DNA of 38,259 nt from a virus (IMGVR_UViG_3300037276_000069:1-38259); one strand, 5' to 3'; numbered from the stretch's first letter, positions 27,361-33,668 are shown. Notes: generated by a model not told the origin, from the sequence alone. A program made the numbers and translations.

Positions 27361-27398
27361 GGTCCTCCCCCTGCAAGACTCGTGCCGTGGGGAGGACC
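27361..27398. repeat. Perfect 10-bp inverted repeat enclosing a sigma54-type promoter
   Basis: GGTCCTCCCC (27361-27370)/GGGGAGGACC (27389-27398). Confidence 0.8.
27372..27387 (-). promoter_or_regulatory. Sigma54 (-24/-12) promoter candidate facing the terS/structural operon
   Basis: Minus strand CGGCACGAGTCTTGCA gives GG-N10-GC and matches the consensus TGGCACG-N4-TTGCW apart from the first base. Confidence 0.65.
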
Positions 27399-27536
27399 TG
27401 ACAAAGTGCAGCAATGACGCACAGTTACGTCACACCGCGCCGCAAACCCCAAAGCCCTCACAACGTAGCCGCTGACCATTATGGCACTAGAGTCTTATAA
27501 ACCATAGCGTGTCCTTTTTCCCTTGACAATCTGCGT

Positions 27537-27552
27537 TGGCACGAGAATTGCC
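27537..27552 (+). promoter_or_regulatory. Sigma54 (-24/-12) promoter candidate facing the early genes
   Basis: TGGCACGAGAATTGCC, a near-perfect consensus with exact GG-N10-GC spacing. Confidence 0.7.
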
Positions 27553-27615
27553 TGATTTTGACTAAAAGACAAAGTGAGACGCGGTGCGACCGGAATGTGT
27601 GTGCGTATGTATTTC

Positions 27616-27638
27616 TTTTTTTTTTTTTTTTTTTTTTT
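27616..27638 (+). repeat. T23 homopolymer
   Basis: 23 consecutive T in the divergent intergenic region. Confidence 0.9.
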
Positions 27639-27794
27639 ACACTATGTGTCACACTCACCACAACCGGCGCGACGCACTGCATTAGCCACGGCGCGCACTC
27701 AAAAGAACATGCTACAGTTTATAGTAGCCTAGTGCCATAAGAGCGTGTAATAGGTATATAATTGATTTGAGGTTACAGCCTTACAGGAGGACAT

Positions 27795-28229
27795 ATGTTA
27801 GAAGACATGAGAGAACGCGTCGAGGCCCTTATAGCTAGGCATTCACCGCCGAGGCGCGAGGCCCGTACGTGGGATGAGCTCGTACGTATCGTAGGTGAGT
27901 ATATTAAGAAGGCCCATCCTAACGGATTTCCTTGGGTATTCGTAGGCAAGCAGTATTATGCACAGTGTCGCAGACTCGGCCAGACTGTGGAGGCCCTAGG
28001 AGATGCCCTGGAAGGGTCGGGCTTCAGTATCCTGACCCTGACGGATAACAACAGGCGTGTCGTTATGCATAAGGATAAGGTTACGGAGTTCTTCGCACGC
28101 CTACGTGAGGAGTTCTCTGAGGAGACTCATAGTGATACGGAGATATGGCAGGAGATGCTGCACCGTCTCAATGAGCATTACTCTACGGTTTATAACCTTA
28201 AAAGGAGCCGTCGCCGGAAGCATGAGTAA
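27795..28229 (+). CDS. Hypothetical protein, first gene of the rightward early unit
   Basis: AGGAGG RBS; 144 aa with basic tail. Confidence 0.75.
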   Translation: MLEDMRERVEALIARHSPPRREARTWDELVRIVGEYIKKAHPNGFPWVFVGKQYYAQCRRLGQTVEALGDALEGSGFSILTLTDNNRRVVMHKDKVTEFFARLREEFSEETHSDTEIWQEMLHRLNEHYSTVYNLKRSRRRKHE

Positions 28230-28365
28230 GCTTTGGTCACTGCCTGCTTGTTTGACGATCCGCGTAAACCGGTAATTTTAGTAATAATTCATGCAAAACC
28301 TACACTAAGTGCCTGAAAGTTCTACATGAGACCCGTACTCAGGCCCCGTATACAGCACGCAGGGC

Positions 28366-28381
28366 TGGCATTCACTTTGCT
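28366..28381 (+). promoter_or_regulatory. Sigma54 (-24/-12) promoter candidate upstream of the 28406 gene
   Basis: TGGCATTCACTTTGCT, GG-N10-GC, ~25 bp before the ATG and its GAGG RBS. Confidence 0.65.
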
Positions 28382-28405
28382 ATATAGCATAAGTGAGGTG
28401 ACACG

Positions 28406-28723
28406 ATGAATAAGCAAACGATTAAATTCAAAACAGTCTACAGCCACAATGAGGTGACCTTTAGCCTGGACGACCAGCAGGTGACCGTAATGGTCTGCGT
28501 GAGTCGCTATGAGCGTGAGCGTGACGGCTCAGGCCCTGACGGACGCTATTGGTCAATCATCCCTAAGCAGCTGCGTGTGACCTCTTATCTGCGTCCTGAC
28601 GGTAACTGGGACTCTCTGAACCGTGGTGACTTAGCAGTCTTCCAGGACCTGCTTAATATGCAGGTAACTGAGGGGCTGATTGATCTTTACTGCGAAGAGG
28701 ATGAATCCGGGGAGGCCCTATGA
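28406..28723 (+). CDS. Hypothetical protein
   Basis: GAGGTG RBS; coupled to the next ORF. Confidence 0.65.
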   Translation: MNKQTIKFKTVYSHNEVTFSLDDQQVTVMVCVSRYERERDGSGPDGRYWSIIPKQLRVTSYLRPDGNWDSLNRGDLAVFQDLLNMQVTEGLIDLYCEEDESGEAL

Positions 28724-28977
28724 GTCCCCGGGAATATAAGACAGGACGTGCCTTTGTGATGTACCTGATAAGCCTAAAACCGTCCGAAGCAGTGCCCTAT
28801 GTCTATGAGTGTATGAGAACTGGAGATTCCAGCAGTATGGCCTGGTCACTCATGGAAGACGCTTACGGTCCCGACTGGAAGTTTCGCCCCGAGGATATGC
28901 CAGAGAAGATTTATCATGCGATTAATAAGATAGCTGGAGAGATGCTAACCGAGGAGGAGGACCCAACTCATGAGTAA
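28720..28977 (+). CDS. Hypothetical protein
   Basis: GGAGG RBS, ATGA overlap. Confidence 0.65.
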   Translation: MSPREYKTGRAFVMYLISLKPSEAVPYVYECMRTGDSSSMAWSLMEDAYGPDWKFRPEDMPEKIYHAINKIAGEMLTEEEDPTHE

Positions 28978-29188
28978 GGAACTCAAACTTAAGGTCGTCC
29001 TAGCATTCGGTCAGCTCCGGTTCTATCCGGACTGTGAGGTAAGCAAAGGTCTCGCTGAGTTAGCAGACCGGACCTCACTGACCAGAAAGCAAGTGGAACT
29101 CCTCAAGAGACTCGGTTACAGCCTCAGCATTCAAAACGAATTCAACGACCTGATAGATACCCTTAGGTCAGAAACGGAGAGAAAATGA
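28970..29188 (+). CDS. Hypothetical phage protein
   Basis: GGAGGA RBS; FG-x-x-RFYP-x-C...LT...LKRLGY pattern I recognise from small phage early proteins. Confidence 0.7.
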   Translation: MSKELKLKVVLAFGQLRFYPDCEVSKGLAELADRTSLTRKQVELLKRLGYSLSIQNEFNDLIDTLRSETERK

Positions 29189-29589
29189 GACAGACAGAAG
29201 CAACTCAAGGTACGGAGAAGGCCCCACGCGCACGAGCGGCACGCGCAAGTGCTCTGATTCCAGTCGGTGAGACCCCTTCGGACCGAGGAACCTTCGCAGC
29301 GAGGCTCCTTCCTAGCCTCATTCCCCTTTGGCTGGCCTTAGCAGGTCTCTCAGCAGAAGGGCAGACCTTCAGTCAGACGGACTGCCGCAGTTACGGACTC
29401 AGCGGCTCCGTGAGCTGTCAGACAACTAACCTCGGTGGCTCAGACAGCAGTCCCCTCGGAGGAGACATCAATCAGGCAGCTCAGCAGGCCGTGAGACAGC
29501 AGAGCCGTCCGACCGAGATCGCAGTCTGCATGAATAAATGTATGACTCAGGGTGGGGCCCCGTCGCTCTGCGCTAACCTCTGTAATTAG
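29185..29589 (+). CDS. Putative exported Cys-rich protein
   Basis: Hydrophobic LLPSLIPLWLALAGLSAEG segment followed by a domain with 6 Cys. Confidence 0.55.
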   Translation: MRQTEATQGTEKAPRARAARASALIPVGETPSDRGTFAARLLPSLIPLWLALAGLSAEGQTFSQTDCRSYGLSGSVSCQTTNLGGSDSSPLGGDINQAAQQAVRQQSRPTEIAVCMNKCMTQGGAPSLCANLCN

Positions 29590-29615
29590 TTTCCTCATGC
29601 CGAAATTACTTGAAA

Positions 29616-29651
29616 TTGGTTACCACTTAGCCTTAAGAATACGGTAACCAA
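29616..29651. promoter_or_regulatory. Paired TGGTWACCA-type palindromes (operator candidate)
   Basis: TTGGTTACC (29616-29624)/GGTAACCAA (29643-29651) beside a TTGAAA -35-like hexamer, upstream of a DNA-binding gene. Confidence 0.4.
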
Positions 29652-29712
29652 CGGACCTAAGGGTCACTAACAGATACTCAGTCAAGTGACTGGGCGAATA
29701 AGGAGAGACAGT

Positions 29713-30054
29713 ATGTCACGAGGAAAGACACACACCCCGGAGCAGCGGGCACAGATCATCAAGCTCATCACAGAGCATAAGACTATGGGGCCTACGGCCC
29801 TAGCGCACTTTCTGAATAAGCAGGGCCTGGAGACGGGAGGCGGATCCGTCTGGTCAGCGCATTCCGTGAGTAACTTCACTCGTTACTTCAGCCCCAAGGC
29901 GGTGAGACCCCCGGAGAAGACAGACAACCAGCGGGCGGAGCAGATCGCACTGAGCCTGACCCGTGAGATACGTAACCTTACTCTTACGAAAATCCTAGAG
30001 AGTAAGCTCCCGACTAAGAATAAGATCAGTCTCATTACGCAGGTCCTGCCTTAG
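29713..30054 (+). CDS. DNA-binding protein with stand-alone serine-recombinase 'recombinase domain'-like motif
   Basis: ALAHFLNKQGLETGGGSVWSAHSV fits IA-x2-LN-x2-G-x2-T-x2-G-x2-W-x4-V; no catalytic resolvase domain; AGGAG RBS before ATG 29713. Confidence 0.65.
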   Translation: MSRGKTHTPEQRAQIIKLITEHKTMGPTALAHFLNKQGLETGGGSVWSAHSVSNFTRYFSPKAVRPPEKTDNQRAEQIALSLTREIRNLTLTKILESKLPTKNKISLITQVLP

Positions 30055-30055
30055 C

Positions 30056-30274
30056 ATGGGACGTATGAAGGATCTCCTCACGGAAGTCTTCTCAGGGAGT
30101 CCCGTCACGACGGAGCGAATCTTGGAGGAGATCGAAGCCCGCATCGACTACCTCTGCCATAGGGCTAAGTGTTACGACGATTATCCAAAGACAGCAGAAA
30201 GTTACGTAGACAGTCTGACCTTCCTTAGGGAAGTCACACATGACCTAAGGAGGGTTCATGAGCGAGAAGGATAA
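30056..30274 (+). CDS. Hypothetical protein
   Basis: MGRMKDLL start seen in small phage proteins; tightly packed. Confidence 0.6.
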   Translation: MGRMKDLLTEVFSGSPVTTERILEEIEARIDYLCHRAKCYDDYPKTAESYVDSLTFLREVTHDLRRVHEREG

Positions 30275-30665
30275 GGGTATTATTACCATGAGTGGTGTCG
30301 CCGCAAGGGATGAAGTCCATGAGTGGGATAAGACGAAGCATGACGTGAGTATGGGTATTAGTGCCCAGGTCGAACGGAGTAAAAGCAAGGGTGAACTCGC
30401 CGGACGTGCGAATCTGGCCCTCGGTGACCTCGCAGCCTTCATCGGCGCAGCAAACGAGGATCACACGAAGGAACTGACCTACTTGGGCTCAGCCGCCATT
30501 CACATCTGGATCGCACCGACTCTTAATCGGCTGTTCTTCATCAGCCAAACGGCACCCCTTAACGACACTCCAGAAATGGTAGCAGCTGACGCCTTCAGGC
30601 AGCTTCGTGGGGACATGGAGAATCATTACGGGCGGAAACGCAGTCGGAAGAGGAGCGGGATATGA
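30258..30665 (+). CDS. Hypothetical protein
   Basis: AAGGAGG RBS; basic C-terminus. Confidence 0.7.
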   Translation: MSEKDKGIITMSGVAARDEVHEWDKTKHDVSMGISAQVERSKSKGELAGRANLALGDLAAFIGAANEDHTKELTYLGSAAIHIWIAPTLNRLFFISQTAPLNDTPEMVAADAFRQLRGDMENHYGRKRSRKRSGI

Positions 30666-30862
30666 GCTCCGCTAAGCCGAACTCACAAGAGGTGAGACCC
30701 CGGGGCGTGAGACACCTTAAGGCCCTAAAACCCCTCCCGGATAAGGCCTATAGTTGGCAGATCGCAGACTCCTGCGGGGTAATCCTGATCTTCGTCGCGG
30801 CCTGGAGCCTCTGCGAATTACTCTCCTGGGCCCTGGAAAACTTACCTCAGGGGGCCGTATGA
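30662..30862 (+). CDS. Small membrane protein
   Basis: One TM segment (GVILIFVAAWSLCELLSWAL); ATGA overlaps at both ends. Confidence 0.55.
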   Translation: MSSAKPNSQEVRPRGVRHLKALKPLPDKAYSWQIADSCGVILIFVAAWSLCELLSWALENLPQGAV

Positions 30863-31161
30863 GTAAGGAGTCGAAACGGAGGGGCGTAGTCATCCGCGTC
30901 AGTCGTGAAGTCGAAGTCTTCCTCAGGGCGAAGCAGCGTAAGGTTGAGACTTACGATGCACTGCTTCGCAGGTTCTTCGGCCTCCCTACGAAAAAAGGGA
31001 AAGAGCAGCCCCTGCGTACCTTCTATGTCATCCCGGACGAGAGTCACGCGCCACTCTGTTTCACTTCAGCGGCTGTCGCTAAAGGGGAGGCCGTAAGACA
31101 GGCAGTGAGGGCGGGAACGAAGAAGGTTACGAAGGTAATTACTGTTAGAGAGGCTGTGTGA
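30859..31161 (+). CDS. Ribbon-helix-helix-like DNA-binding protein
   Basis: VVIRVSREVEVFLRAK...ETYDALLRRFFG fits the RHH/antitoxin-like pattern; ATG at 30859. Confidence 0.6.
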   Translation: MSKESKRRGVVIRVSREVEVFLRAKQRKVETYDALLRRFFGLPTKKGKEQPLRTFYVIPDESHAPLCFTSAAVAKGEAVRQAVRAGTKKVTKVITVREAV

Positions 31162-31222
31162 GGAATTTATGGAAGCATATGTAATCATGGGACCATCAGC
31201 AGACTAAGCGGAAGGATGGGGA

Positions 31223-31453
31223 ATGAGTACTGAACCAACTGTATGGCGAATTATGCATCCTGATCTTGGTGGTCCTTTGGACGTGGTTGCTGCCTCGGAA
31301 TATAAAAAGATTCGAGAACTATTGGAGCGCGCTTGTAGCACAGTCGTAACTCACGCGATGCAGACCTATTCAAAAGCGGATTCCAAACACTCAAATAATT
31401 TGGCGCAAGAAATTCACGAGGCATTGGGATACGGCAACGGCGACGGCTATTAA
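31223..31453 (+). CDS. Hypothetical protein
   Basis: 76 aa at the start of a more AT-rich accessory block. Confidence 0.5.
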   Translation: MSTEPTVWRIMHPDLGGPLDVVAASEYKKIRELLERACSTVVTHAMQTYSKADSKHSNNLAQEIHEALGYGNGDGY

Positions 31454-31498
31454 TATGCTTAGTCCAAGCACGAACACCAAGCAAACAGAGGAGAAATA

Positions 31499-32179
31499 AT
31501 GCAAGCATTTCACAATAAATCAGAAATTCAAAAAGAATATCTGGACAGAGTTATAGCCCACTCAAAAGCCGATGAGATTATAAAAGGCAAGTATTGGGAA
31601 GACGGCAAGGGCTGTGCTGTTGGATGTACCGTTCATTCCTCTAGCCATAGAGCCTATGAAACAGAACTTGGCATCCCGATGTGGCTGGCCAGAATGGAAG
31701 ATCGAATATTTGAAGGACTTCCGAGTGCAAGGGCAAAAAAATTTCCGTTAGAATTTTTGAGTGCTGTTAATCTTGGAGCGGATTTAGAAAAGATCAAAAT
31801 TCCAATGCTTATTTTCATTTTAGAATCTGCGCGAACCCATACTAAAAACGAGCGTTCATTAAAAGCAATTGATGGCGTTCTTTTGCAATTACGTAAAGAT
31901 GTTTTAGATTTGCCGGCCTTGCGCGAAGCGCGGGCTGCTGCTTATGATGCTGCTGTTTATGATGCTTCTGCTGCTGCTGCTGCTTATGCTTATGCTGCTG
32001 CTTATGATGCTTATGCTTATGCTTCTGCTGCTGCTGCTGCTTATGCTTATGCTTCTGCTGCTGCTGCTGCTGCTGATGCTGCTGCTTATGCTGCTGCTTA
32101 TGCTGCTGATGCTGCTCGCGAAAACGAATATACAAAATTTGCTGATAAATTACTAGAGTTAATTCATGCGTGCAAATAG
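31499..32179 (+). CDS. Hypothetical protein with Ala/Tyr/Asp low-complexity repeat
   Basis: GAGGAG RBS; ordered N-domain (GKGCAVGC, LGIP-x-WLA, IFEGLP) plus a 61-codon Ala-rich tract. Confidence 0.8.
   Translation: MQAFHNKSEIQKEYLDRVIAHSKADEIIKGKYWEDGKGCAVGCTVHSSSHRAYETELGIPMWLARMEDRIFEGLPSARAKKFPLEFLSAVNLGADLEKIKIPMLIFILESARTHTKNERSLKAIDGVLLQLRKDVLDLPALREARAAAYDAAVYDASAAAAAYAYAAAYDAYAYASAAAAAYAYASAAAAAADAAAYAAAYAADAARENEYTKFADKLLELIHACK
31934..32116 (+). repeat. GCT/TAT/GAT trinucleotide low-complexity coding repeat
   Basis: 61 consecutive codons drawn only from GCT, TAT, GAT, TCT and GTT. Confidence 0.9.
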
Positions 32180-32197
32180 TCATAATGGTAGTACCAA

Positions 32198-32503
32198 GTG
32201 ATGAGCAAAAATAGTCCTAATCCGAAAACTGCGACCGAAAAATCACTCGACGAAAGCTTGGCTGAGCTTGAGATAAAAGCCGACCTTTGGCAAGGCATAG
32301 TGACGCATCCAAATTTCATACGTCCAATGAAGGACCTAATCGCCGCACTCCAATTGTGCCGCAAGCAGCGAGAGGAATTGGCAGAATTAATGGATTTGCA
32401 AAAAGAAATTCGACTTAGGATAATTGGCTACAATGACCAAGCCCTCGCGGAACTGTTGACCGAGGGCAATCCAAGTGAGACTAGCACAAAGGGGACAAAG
32501 TGA
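32198..32503 (+). CDS. Hypothetical protein
   Basis: 101 aa helical ORF. Confidence 0.55.
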   Translation: MMSKNSPNPKTATEKSLDESLAELEIKADLWQGIVTHPNFIRPMKDLIAALQLCRKQREELAELMDLQKEIRLRIIGYNDQALAELLTEGNPSETSTKGTK

Positions 32504-32550
32504 AGCCTAGACCTATGTTAAGATGGCACGGCGGTAAATGGATCAAATGA
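32500..32550 (+). pseudogene. 16-codon relic of a Dam-family (D12 class) adenine methyltransferase N-terminus
   Basis: GTG...TGA translates to MKPRPMLRWHGGKWIK*, matching the P-x-L-R/K-W/Y-x-GGK start of Dam-type MTases; coupled to the upstream stop. Confidence 0.6.
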
Positions 32551-32717
32551 AAGGTAGTCCCACAAGAACTAGCGAAGCGAGTGTATCGAGTTACGCGAGC
32601 CGGTTTTCAGGTGTCGCGCAAGAATATGCTGCTAAATCTGCTGAATATGCTGCTGAATATTGCGAAAAAATAATTACTTTATGTCTCGAATGCATTGAGG
32701 CGGTCTGCAATGTCTAA
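32547..32717 (+). CDS. Small or chimeric ORF with an Ala-rich repeat remnant
   Basis: 56 aa containing EYAAKSAEYAAEY; below the ORF-track cutoff; start overlaps the previous stop. Confidence 0.35.
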   Translation: MKGSPTRTSEASVSSYASRFSGVAQEYAAKSAEYAAEYCEKIITLCLECIEAVCNV

Positions 32718-32788
32718 ACTATCTCTAATCACCGTATTAGTATTGGCAGTCCCCAACCGACTGACAATAAGGAAACTAAATGAATAAC

Positions 32789-32900
32789 GGGCCAGTAGCT
32801 CAGCAGAAGAGTATCCGGGCGCTGATCACGCTAACATGCGACCTTCTAGACTCGCATGTAAAACGGAAGGACGGCAGTGCAACTCTGTCCTGGTCCACCA
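32789..32900 (+). ncRNA. tRNA-like RNA with expanded, bifurcated anticodon arm
   Basis: Acceptor GGGCCAG/CTGGTCC plus ACCA; D arm GCTC/GAGT; T arm GGCAG-TGCAACT-CTGTC; variable loop AGGAC; anticodon stem TCCG/CGGA encloses 46 nt with two hairpins. Confidence 0.8.
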
Positions 32901-32933
32901 ATTATCTACCCCAACCGATTGAACGAGGTGAGA

Positions 32934-33173
32934 ATGAAATACGGATGGGAAATAGCAGACGAAGTGCAGCGGTTCGCTAGCGGGTCCGCTGACATGAAAT
33001 TTGTCCCAGCTACCGTGCATGAAGAGTTGCAGAACCGATTCGACAACTTAAAAGCGAAGCTCGTTGCACAAGATAGAATATTTTCTAAAAGCGTAGTGGT
33101 CCCGACTGAAGATTATGCGGAGCTGACCGCTGAGCACAATAAACTTAATGCAAAAGTAATATTTCACAAATAA
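32934..33173 (+). CDS. Hypothetical coiled-coil protein
   Basis: GAGGTG RBS before ATG 32934. Confidence 0.5.
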   Translation: MKYGWEIADEVQRFASGSADMKFVPATVHEELQNRFDNLKAKLVAQDRIFSKSVVVPTEDYAELTAEHNKLNAKVIFHK

Positions 33174-33244
33174 CATTAAGGCAGACTTGGGAATGGCTTC
33201 CTGATGACAGTCGTAGGAGGACGGACACATGAGCAAGATTCAAG

Positions 33245-33649
33245 ATGGTCGTTAAGCTTACGCGCCTTCATCTGAGCTCGCAGGGTATCTTCGGGAAGCT
33301 TGAATTAGCCGACCGTGAGTTCGTCTCCCTCGAGCATGCTTATCTTACTTCCCTCGACACCTATTCCCCAAAGCTAGCCAAGGGAACTTACACTTGCGTC
33401 CGTCATGCACCTCACCGCCTCCCGTACGAAACCTGGGAAGTAACTGGAGTCCCTGACTTCGAGGGTCAGTCCGTAGAGGCTATACTAATCCACATAGGAA
33501 ACTTCCAGGAGGACTCCGAGGGCTGTATCCTCGTAGGAACCTCCCGCAGCCTCGACAATCCGGAAATGATCAAGGGTTCTCGCGCCGCATTTCGTGACCT
33601 AATGATTTTGACTTCCGAGGAGTCGGAACTTACTCTCGTCGTTATTTAG
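33245..33649 (+). CDS. DUF5675-family protein, candidate endolysin
   Basis: LTR...IFGKL...SLE...GTY...ILIHIGN-x3-DSEGCILVG signature with a His/Cys pair reminiscent of L,D-transpeptidase folds; I recognised no other lysin. Confidence 0.75.
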   Translation: MVVKLTRLHLSSQGIFGKLELADREFVSLEHAYLTSLDTYSPKLAKGTYTCVRHAPHRLPYETWEVTGVPDFEGQSVEAILIHIGNFQEDSEGCILVGTSRSLDNPEMIKGSRAAFRDLMILTSEESELTLVVI

Positions 33650-33668
33650 GTAACCACAGGGGGTCTCT

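Larger units (their letters stand above)
27479..27740. repeat. 40-bp imperfect inverted repeats (27479-27518 / 27701-27740) bracketing a T23 tract
   Basis: TTATGGCACTAGAGTCTTATAAACCATAGCGTGTCCTTTT versus the reverse complement of the right arm TTATGGCACTAGGCTACTATAAACTGTAGCATGTTCTTTT: 32/40 identical, outer 12 perfect. Confidence 0.85.

Noticed and set aside
27479-27740. ORFs 27479-27682 (-) and 27558-27740 (+) with poly-Lys/poly-Phe and similar C-termini
   Set aside because: Products of the T23 tract and the inverted repeat; no RBS; the region looks regulatory.
29713-30054. Integrase indicating a temperate lifestyle
   Set aside because: Only a DNA-binding-type motif is present. There is no catalytic serine or tyrosine recombinase domain and no host flanks or att evidence.
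31842-32183. Gln/His/Lys-rich minus-strand ORF and Leu/Met-rich plus-strand ORF 31944-32156
   Set aside because: Shadow frames of the GCT/TAT repeat in the 31499-32179 gene.
32844-32850. Genome-wide amber (TAG) recoding implied by the CUA loop
   Set aside because: Core genes are full length in the standard code and several (e.g. polA, DUF5675) end at TAG next to the following gene.
32780-33020. ORFs 32780-32980 (+) and 32826-33020 (-)
   Set aside because: They overlap the tRNA-like structure, which explains the sequence better, although the 32780 ATG has a weak RBS.
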